Source: Bacillota bacterium
GTDB lineage: Bacteria > Bacillota > Dethiobacteria > DTU022 > UBA8154
Assembly (NCBI GenBank): GCA_012518675.1
Contig: JAAYRR010000094.1
Span: 1-53,980 of the forward strand
DNA: 53,980 nt
Reading direction: 5' to 3'
Below, in pieces: positions 47,826-53,980 of the stretch. The translations under genes and the position numbers were made by a program. The notes under the pieces are model-generated. The model made no database searches, was not told the DNA's origin, and saw only the letters and a list, made by a program, of their open reading frames with translations. The first letter of the stretch is position 1. The number at the start of each line of letters is the position of its first letter.

Positions 47826-48862
47826 ACCAATCCCTCCACAAAAGCACGGTCCACTGCAGCTACGAAACGGGCCAGCAACAGACCGGCAACCTTGATATCC
47901 TCCAAATCCACCAGCTCCACAGAAGTATGCATATAGCGCAGCGGTATAGAAAGTAACCCCGTCGGCACGCCCTCCATAGTGATCTGGATAGCACGGGCGT
48001 CAGTGCCTGTCGGCCCCGGGGAAACGTCCCTTTGATAGGGCAAATGATATTCAGCCGCGACATGCAACAGCTTTTCAGCAATAAAAGGGTGAATATTAGG
48101 GCCGCTGGTAACCACAGGCCCCTTTGTTAAAGGTGAGGTTTCCTGTTCAAGCGCCCCGGGGAAATCACCGTGGCAGACGTCAACAGCAATCCCCAAGTCC
48201 GGGGAAATACCAAAGGTGGATACAACCGCGCCCCGGGTGCCAACTTCCTCCTGGACGGTAGCCACCAGGTAGAGATCGGCCTCATGCCTGATTTTATGCA
48301 GTTCCCGGGCGCACTGCCAAAGTGCAACTATGCCGGCACGATCGTCAAACGCTTTACCGGCACGGGAGTTATGCTGCAAGGTCAAATATTTTCTTTCGAT
48401 TGCAGCCACTGAACCCACCGCAATAGTTTCCCGCACAACCTCCGGCGTCAGAGCGGTATCCAGGAAAAGATCCTCCATTTTAACACCCTGCCCCTTTTCC
48501 TGTTCCGTGTATAAAGGGGGCAACTTGAAACCGATGATCCCGGGAACTTTATCCCGTCCATAGATATTCACTGCCTGCCCCGGCAGGGTACGGGCGTCAA
48601 ATCCCCCCAGGGAAGTAAAGCGCAAAAAACCATTTTCTTCTACCTTGGTAACAATCAGCCCGATCTCATCCATATGGGCACAAATAAGTAACCGGGGTGG
48701 GGAATTTCCCTGTCCTTTTTTTAGAAAAATAAGGTTACCCAGATTATCAGTTCTTGTATCATCAACATACGGTGAAAAGGCCCCGGCAGCTATCCCTGCA
48801 ACTTTTTTTTCATAGCCGGAAACCCCGTCCTCTTCAGTCAGTTTTCTTAATAGACCTTCCAT
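47816..48862 (-). CDS. M42 family metallopeptidase, paralog 3
   Basis: AHMDEIGLIV, FDDRAGIVAL, VQEEVGTRGA, RYMHTS. Start chosen at the ATG at 48862 (MEGLLRKL) after AAGGAGG. Confidence 0.9.
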   Translation of the reverse strand: MEGLLRKLTEEDGVSGYEKKVAGIAAGAFSPYVDDTRTDNLGNLIFLKKGQGNSPPRLLICAHMDEIGLIVTKVEENGFLRFTSLGGFDARTLPGQAVNIYGRDKVPGIIGFKLPPLYTEQEKGQGVKMEDLFLDTALTPEVVRETIAVGSVAAIERKYLTLQHNSRAGKAFDDRAGIVALWQCARELHKIRHEADLYLVATVQEEVGTRGAVVSTFGISPDLGIAVDVCHGDFPGALEQETSPLTKGPVVTSGPNIHPFIAEKLLHVAAEYHLPYQRDVSPGPTGTDARAIQITMEGVPTGLLSIPLRYMHTSVELVDLEDIKVAGLLLARFVAAVDRAFVEGLVCL

Positions 48863-48899
48863 ATCCACGCCGGACACCTCCTTCTTAGACTTAAAAATA

Positions 48900-49994
48900 T
48901 CAACCCGGGTGGCCTTGCAGTAATTTTTGCAGATCAAAGGTTAGGCTGTAAACCTGGGAACACTGGGCAACAGACAAGGTACCTGTGCCACAGCTGGGGG
49001 TCAATAGGTATTGCCTGGCCAGGAGCCCTTCATTAACGCCCTGACGGGCAAGCCTTTGGATACCTTTCCAAAACTTTTCTTTTAAAGAAGCCGCCCCCTC
49101 CGCCTTCAGGTCCTCCCCCGTCGTGGGAATCAGCCCCCAGGCCAAACAGCCGCCTTTATTTAAAAAAGACTGCACCTGCTCCCCATAAACCAACAGGGAA
49201 TCAAAATAGGCGTAGGCATCAAAGCTGACAATGTGGGGCGAAACCTCAAAAATTATAGACCAGTCGGCACCGGAACAACAGTGCACCCCGGCATAGGCGC
49301 CTTCTTGCTTGATAGCTGAAACCAGTTCCGCCAGGCTTTGCACAATTTGTTCCCGGGACAATGAAATTCCTGCCAGCTGACCATAAAAAAACAGCAGCGG
49401 TTCATCGATCATGATGACCACCGGCAGGGAAAACTTTTTTAAGAAATGTATTTGAAAACGGGCATTTAAAGTCAGGGCCTTGGTAATGATTTCACGCGTT
49501 TCTGTGTGGTAAAAGGCAGAAGTCTGATCCCCGGCGTTAACCTGCAAACCCAGGGAAAGCGGACCGCAAACCTGCCCCTTCAAAAAATGCGGCTTTAAAG
49601 GCAAGGCATCCCATTTTACATCCAGAAATTTATAAAAACCGGCCGCTGCAGCCGGCGGAAAAGCAAAAAGGGAAAGCACCTCCTCTTTTTGCTTCCCCTC
49701 CTGAAAAGCCAGATAAAGTTCATAGAACCGGGCTGCTTTTTCCAGCCAGGAATAATTATCATTAACAAAAAAAGGGGGGATCCCCTTTTCCCAGTCAAGC
49801 AATTCCAGTTTTAATAACGGGCCCAGGTACTGTTGGATTAAACCTTCGTCCTTTGAGCGCTGAGGCAACTGCGGCCAGTGCGGCCCCCAGGGCATTGTTT
49901 CCTGTATCAGTTCCAAGGCGGCGGTTGCTTCCCGGTGGGGCATGCTGCCGATACCGGTGGCTTTCCCATAAAGAAAATCTGCCCTTCGTTGCAT
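48900..49994 (-). CDS. MetE C-terminal-domain-like / URO-D superfamily protein (predicted Zn-dependent alkyl transferase fold)
   Basis: Start chosen at the ATG at 49994 (MQRRADFLYGKATGIGSMPH) after GGGGGAGGG. GVHCCSG and the C-terminal LTPSCGTG resemble the His/Cys...Cys zinc ligands of cobalamin-independent methionine-synthase-like proteins. Confidence 0.5.
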   Translation of the reverse strand: MQRRADFLYGKATGIGSMPHREATAALELIQETMPWGPHWPQLPQRSKDEGLIQQYLGPLLKLELLDWEKGIPPFFVNDNYSWLEKAARFYELYLAFQEGKQKEEVLSLFAFPPAAAAGFYKFLDVKWDALPLKPHFLKGQVCGPLSLGLQVNAGDQTSAFYHTETREIITKALTLNARFQIHFLKKFSLPVVIMIDEPLLFFYGQLAGISLSREQIVQSLAELVSAIKQEGAYAGVHCCSGADWSIIFEVSPHIVSFDAYAYFDSLLVYGEQVQSFLNKGGCLAWGLIPTTGEDLKAEGAASLKEKFWKGIQRLARQGVNEGLLARQYLLTPSCGTGTLSVAQCSQVYSLTFDLQKLLQGHPG

Positions 49995-50181
49995 TTTTAT
50001 CCCTCCCCCGCAAAAACAGGACCCTGCAAGACACCCCCTGCCGGTTTCAGGTGCCAACCAAAGTTAACCAGCAAAATTCAACTGTTCATCCAGATAAAAA
50101 TAGTCTGCCCGGTCACCGGGTTTTCATGCTGCCGGCCCCTTCTGTAAACAGCCCGGGTAGTTTCCGGCAAAATTCCAATAC

Positions 50182-51831
50182 CTACAGCCGGTTGGTTTTG
50201 GCAATATATTCTTCTTCCCAGGCAATTTCACTGATTGCATTTTTAATGCCTTCTACCGCCGGGCTCTGGTCACAAAGCAACCCGTACTCAATACTGTCAA
50301 CCAAGGCAATCCAGCTGGCTTCGATCACGTTTCCGGAAACCCCGACCGTACCCCATCTTTTGCGTCCGTTTTGTGATGTAATCAACACCCTGACCACCGC
50401 ACCGGTACCGTCCTTGCCGTCCAGGACACGCACCTTGTAGTCAACAAGTTTTATAGCCTTGATCTCTGGGTAAATTTCTTCCAGGGCCTTGCGCAGGGCA
50501 TTATCCATGGCGTTGACAGGCCCGTTCCCTTCGGCGGCAGTATGCACAACCCGATCGCCAACCCTTAATTTAATGGTAGCTTCTACATGATAGACATCGC
50601 TTCCCCGCCGTTCCTTATCGAGAATGAGACGAAAAGCCTCCAGCTTGAAAAGGGGTTGATAGGTCTGCAACGTTTTCCAAACCAATAGTTCAAATGAACC
50701 TTCTGCCCCTTCAAATTGGTAGCCCGCATGTTCCATTTTTTTAAGAACATTGAGCACTTTGATGGCTTCCGGATAATTTTTAATTGATTCCAAATTGTTT
50801 TCCAGGCCCTTAAAGAGGATGTTGCTCTTCCCGGAAAGTTCTGAAACCAAAATACGGCGTTTGTTGCCCACTTCTTCCGGAGGGGCATGTTCATAGGTAC
50901 TGGCATGTTTAACAACTGCATCGACATGAATGCCGCCCTTATGCGTAAAGGCATTCCGGCCTACATAAGGCTGTCCGTCCTGGGGAATCATATTCGCCAG
51001 TTCAGCAACAACCTTGGAAATCCTGGTCAGCTCCCGCAACTGTTCCGTTTTAAGCTTGTTAAACTTCAGTTTGAGGTGTATATTGGCGATGATTGCACAA
51101 AGATCGGCATTGCCGCATCTTTCCCCATAGCCGTTAATTGTTCCCTGAACCTGGCTAACCCCGCTCTGGACAGCAATAATAGAGTTGGCAACAGCCATAC
51201 CGCAATCGTTGTGAGCATGAATACCCAACGGGGTGGCAATTTCTTTTTTTACCTCCAGCACAATCCGTTGAACATCCAAAGGCATTGTGCCGCCGTTTGT
51301 ATCACACAGGGCAATACTGTCAGCACCGCTTTCAGCCGCCGCTTGAATCGTTTTCAGGGCGTAAACAGGATTATATTTGTAACCGTCGAAAAAATGCTCC
51401 GCATCATAGATTACCTCTAAACCTTTACTTTTTAAATAAGAGACTGTATCGGCAATCATGGCGATATTTTCATCAAGGGTTGTTCCCAGGGCATGGGAAA
51501 CATGGAAGTCCCAACTTTTCCCAACGACGGCAACCGCCGGCGTGTTAGCTTCCAGCAAGGCGCGCACGTTGCCATCACTTTCAGCACTGACACCGGCGCG
51601 TCTGGTGCTGCCAAAAGCGGTAATTTTAGCGTGTTTTAAGGATAAATCCTGCTGGCGCGCAAAAAATTCCATATCCTTGGGGTTGGAACCCGGCCAGCCT
51701 CCTTCGATATAATCTACGCCCAGAGCATCAAGCAGCCTAACAATTTCAATTTTATCGCCAACAGAAAAGGAAATACCTTCTCTTTGTGCGCCATCCCTGA
51801 GGGTTGTATCGTAAATTTGAATAGATTTCAT
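50182..51831 (-). CDS. cimA: (R)-citramalate synthase (LeuA/NifV family)
   Basis: [23 protein letters not shown]..., [13 protein letters not shown], and length plus C-terminal regulatory domain typical of CimA rather than short LeuA. Start chosen at 51831 after GGAGG. Confidence 0.8.
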   Translation of the reverse strand: MKSIQIYDTTLRDGAQREGISFSVGDKIEIVRLLDALGVDYIEGGWPGSNPKDMEFFARQQDLSLKHAKITAFGSTRRAGVSAESDGNVRALLEANTPAVAVVGKSWDFHVSHALGTTLDENIAMIADTVSYLKSKGLEVIYDAEHFFDGYKYNPVYALKTIQAAAESGADSIALCDTNGGTMPLDVQRIVLEVKKEIATPLGIHAHNDCGMAVANSIIAVQSGVSQVQGTINGYGERCGNADLCAIIANIHLKLKFNKLKTEQLRELTRISKVVAELANMIPQDGQPYVGRNAFTHKGGIHVDAVVKHASTYEHAPPEEVGNKRRILVSELSGKSNILFKGLENNLESIKNYPEAIKVLNVLKKMEHAGYQFEGAEGSFELLVWKTLQTYQPLFKLEAFRLILDKERRGSDVYHVEATIKLRVGDRVVHTAAEGNGPVNAMDNALRKALEEIYPEIKAIKLVDYKVRVLDGKDGTGAVVRVLITSQNGRKRWGTVGVSGNVIEASWIALVDSIEYGLLCDQSPAVEGIKNAISEIAWEEEYIAKTNRL

Positions 51832-52012
51832 ATAAGGAACCTCCAATGAAGTAAATCAGGATTATTATACTATAAGGCCTAAAGGGTGTCTACTTAAAAA
51901 AAGAAATATTTGTGAAAAGAAGTAGTATTTTTTCCCTTTCCTGCTACTGTATAGATAAAATTACAAGGGAAAAACTAAGAAAGAATTTTAGAGAAAGGGG
52001 GGACTAAAGAAG

Positions 52013-52246
52013 ATGCCCACAACGGGAATCAACATCAAAAATATCGGCAAGGCCGAATTTATGTCACTTTTCCACCAATACCAGGGTGAATCTCTCTGCG
52101 CCAAAAAATTGGGCAACTACGCCCACCAGGTTCAGGATCCGGCCATGAAGGAAATAATCAATCAGATGGGTACTAACTGCCAGGAAAGGGCCAGCCGGCT
52201 TTCATCTTTTCTACAAGAAGTTGGTGGCGGTCATCTGCTTAGTTAA
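52013..52246 (+). CDS. small helical hypothetical protein, co-oriented with a CotF-like gene
   Basis: 77 aa with AAAGGGGGG upstream. No family recognised. Confidence 0.45.
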   Translation: MPTTGINIKNIGKAEFMSLFHQYQGESLCAKKLGNYAHQVQDPAMKEIINQMGTNCQERASRLSSFLQEVGGGHLLS

Positions 52247-52284
52247 AACTCAACAGGTAAAAAAATAAAAAGGAGGTTGTGAAA

Positions 52285-52551
52285 ATGCCCCAAATGAAGA
52301 TGCCCCAACAGCAACTTACCGACAAGGACATTGCCGGAGACGTACTCACAGGTATTAAGCATATGGCCCAGGGATACATGCACGCTATCCTGGAATCACA
52401 AAACCAAACCCTGCATCAAACCTTTAAGGATTTTCATGATCAATATTTAGATGATCACTGGCAGGTTTTTCAGATTATGGAGCAAAACGGTTGGTATAAA
52501 GTGCCCATGATTTTGGATGAAGCGCAACAACAATTGCAGCAACAACTTTAG
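52285..52551 (+). CDS. Coat F domain (spore coat protein F-like) protein
   Basis: LTDKDIAGDVLTGIKHMAQGYMHAILESQNQTLHQTFKDF...WYKVP matches the CotF pattern. I prefer the ATG at 52285 (8 nt after AGGAGG) over the GTG at 52279. Confidence 0.7.
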   Translation: MPQMKMPQQQLTDKDIAGDVLTGIKHMAQGYMHAILESQNQTLHQTFKDFHDQYLDDHWQVFQIMEQNGWYKVPMILDEAQQQLQQQL

Positions 52552-52656
52552 GCAGTTCCCTGTTCTGCCGGGCGGGGGGGCTTTGGCGCTTGGCGATTGA
52601 AACATAGCCAGCCTGCCGGCATGCGGTTGCATGGTGCCGGCCGGAAAAACAATATT

Positions 52657-52958
52657 TTACCATGCCCGGCAGGACAAGATGGATACAGGAGGGTTAACAT
52701 ATTCCCCACGGAAAATTCGGGGGATTCCAGCGTCATGGAAGAATGCTCCCGGCGCAGGTCTTGCAACTTCTCCTTTGAAGGTTGATGTCCCAACCCTGTG
52801 TATGTTGATAACGGCGTGAATATCCTTGTCACAGGTAGCGTTACAACCCGGACACATCCACCGGCGGCCTTTGAGCGAAAGCTCTTCATAGACAAGGCCA
52901 CAGCTGGCACAGGTCTTGCATGGGAAAAAGCAGTCTACCGTTACTAATACTGTACCTG
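52657..52958 (-). pseudogene. C-terminal remnant of an IS200/IS605-family TnpB (OrfB) gene
   Basis: My minus-strand translation gives VTVDCFFPCKTCASCGLVYEELSLKGRRWMCPGCNATCDKDIHAVINIHRVG. This is the zinc-ribbon plus final RuvC (D.D.NAA.NI) block of TnpB. No upstream part of the gene and no tnpA are present. Confidence 0.7.
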
Positions 52959-52960
52959 TT

Positions 52961-53713
52961 TCACCACACTGATGTTCCGGGATCCCTGCAAAAGGAAAGC
53001 GCTTGCCTCACAGCCTCCTGCGGGGAAAACACCACTTCCAGCCCGGGCCACTGTAAAAACTGTTCCAGCCAGTGATCCGGTTGCAGCGGCAGCCCCGGTG
53101 GCTGCCCTGGAGGCCGTAAAGGCGAATTCAAAACCTGCTGTTTTGCCGGCGGCCGGGAAAAATCCCGCCGCTGTTGTTTTGCTGGCAGTTGCAGCAACCC
53201 CTGCTGTTGTTTCCGGGACTGTGGACCGGCTCTTTTGCGGGTTTGTTCTTTACCGGCGGGCCGTCCCGGCAGCCGGTTAGCGCCTTGTACCTGCTCCTGA
53301 AATTTTTCACAAGATTGTTGGCCTGTAGATGGCATTAAGGACGGGAAAAGGGCAAATACCTTTTTACCTTCCTTTAAAGCAATAGCCATTTCAGAAAGTG
53401 TGCCGTATTCCCCGGGAAGGGCAATTAAAGCGTCACTGCAGCGCACAACTAAAAAATTGCGCAGGGCACCCAGCCCGGTAGTTAAAACATAACTGACATA
53501 GGGGTTGGCCTCCTGACGTTTAAAGCCGGGTAAAATACCGATGCTGACACCACCATAATCCTTACAGCCCCGGCAGGCAGCCTTCATTACGCCGCCCCGG
53601 CCACCACAAATTAAAGTTGCGCCTCCCAAAGCGGTTTCCCTGCCCACCTCATAGGCAGCTGCAGCCGTCTGTTCATCACATTTGCCGGCACCGATAACCC
53701 CTAAATAAACCAA
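52961..53713 (-). CDS. TIGR00725/SLOG (LOG-like Rossmann) family protein with a low-complexity insertion
   Basis: TTG start after AAGGAGA. GVIGAG...LICGGRGGVM.A..RG....GG..IGILPG...ALPGEYGTLSE is typical. A Q/K/R/P-rich segment of about 90 aa interrupts the C-terminal part. Confidence 0.75.
   Translation of the reverse strand: MVYLGVIGAGKCDEQTAAAAYEVGRETALGGATLICGGRGGVMKAACRGCKDYGGVSIGILPGFKRQEANPYVSYVLTTGLGALRNFLVVRCSDALIALPGEYGTLSEMAIALKEGKKVFALFPSLMPSTGQQSCEKFQEQVQGANRLPGRPAGKEQTRKRAGPQSRKQQQGLLQLPAKQQRRDFSRPPAKQQVLNSPLRPPGQPPGLPLQPDHWLEQFLQWPGLEVVFSPQEAVRQALSFCRDPGTSVW
53134..53217 (-). repeat. three degenerate copies of an approximately 18-nt unit inside the TIGR00725-like gene
   Basis: The plus strand has CCTGCTGTTTTGCCGG, CCGCTGTTGTTTTGCTGG and CCTGCTGTTGTTTCCGG. 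On the coding strand these encode PAKQQ / PAKQQRR / SRKQQQ. Confidence 0.6.
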
Positions 53714-53834
53714 AATTCAATCTCCTTTGGCAGAAATAAATTTTTATTGCCACCCCTTTCGGGTTTTTTCCCCTAATTCTGCGGTATAGGCGGCAGGCCC
53801 CTGCAGACGGCCTTAATTGTTTTGAAACAGCGGA

Positions 53835-53980
53835 CTATAAACTGTCCCACCGGGCCCGCAGTTCACGGCGCAGTAATTTCCCGGAAGAGCTTTTGGGTAT
53901 TTCTTCTACAACACGCACTGTTTGCGGGCATTTAAAATCAGCCAGGTGCTGCCGGCAAAAAGCGATCAGCTCTTCTACCG
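53835..53980 (-). CDS. AMP-dependent synthetase/ligase (acyl-CoA synthetase), C-terminal 48 codons (gene continues beyond window end)
   Basis: My minus-strand translation gives VEELIAFCRQHLADFKCPQTVRVVEEIPKSSSGKLLRRELRARWDSL-stop, the conserved ANL-family C-terminus containing the catalytic Lys (SGK). Confidence 0.8.
   Translation of the reverse strand, partial: VEELIAFCRQHLADFKCPQTVRVVEEIPKSSSGKLLRRELRARWDSL

Noticed and set aside
1-53980. Scanned by eye for CRISPR arrays, rRNA, further tRNAs, intact IS elements, integrases or phage blocks, and toxin-antitoxin or defence-type gene pairs.
   Set aside because: No regularly spaced repeats or additional tRNA-like cloverleaves were noticed. The only mobile-element trace is the TnpB remnant. 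XerC here is the housekeeping recombinase in its conserved topA-hslVU context. A by-eye scan can miss short or degenerate repeats.

Overview
Gene-dense chromosomal segment with about 57 CDS, roughly 90 percent on the minus strand. Gene content (Spo0E-like, CotF-like, CodY, HslUV, Hdr/Flx/Etf redox modules, a selenocysteine locus) suggests a spore-forming strict anaerobe of the Firmicutes, Peptococcaceae/Desulfotomaculum-like. Product calls rest on motifs I recognise in the supplied translations; no searches were run.

Layout, left to right:
- dapF(partial)-lysA behind a lysine riboswitch, then an RseC-like gene.
- An eight-gene redox cluster: HdrD-like, etfB, etfA, hdrA, mvhD and three Flx-like Fe-S/flavin subunits.
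- An AT-rich spacer carrying a Spo0E-like gene.
- selA-selB, plus tRNA-Sec (selC) found by eye at 17943-18038.
- A nine-gene operon ending in larB-larE-larC. It starts with two PNPOx-fold proteins, an unrecognised 588-aa protein, a ferredoxin, a DUF2267-like protein and a stand-alone LarC C-terminal-domain paralog. A PocR-sensor kinase/AraC-type response regulator pair lies just upstream.
- Housekeeping blocks: trmK-nif3-COG1579; dprA-topA-xerC-hslVU-codY; a pan operon; three tandem M42 peptidases; cimA.
- CotF-like genes, a decayed TnpB remnant, a TIGR00725-like gene with a repeat insertion, and the 3' end of an acyl-CoA synthetase.

Most interesting:
1. The lar operon has no LarA but does have an unknown large protein, which is a candidate new nickel-pincer-cofactor enzyme system.
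2. The Etf-HdrA-MvhD-Flx-HdrD gene fusion cluster.
3. A promoter-to-terminator unit of about 190 nt upstream of dprA, which could be an sRNA or a leader.
4. An attenuator-like hairpin immediately before the pan operon.

No CRISPR array, rRNA or intact mobile element was seen.
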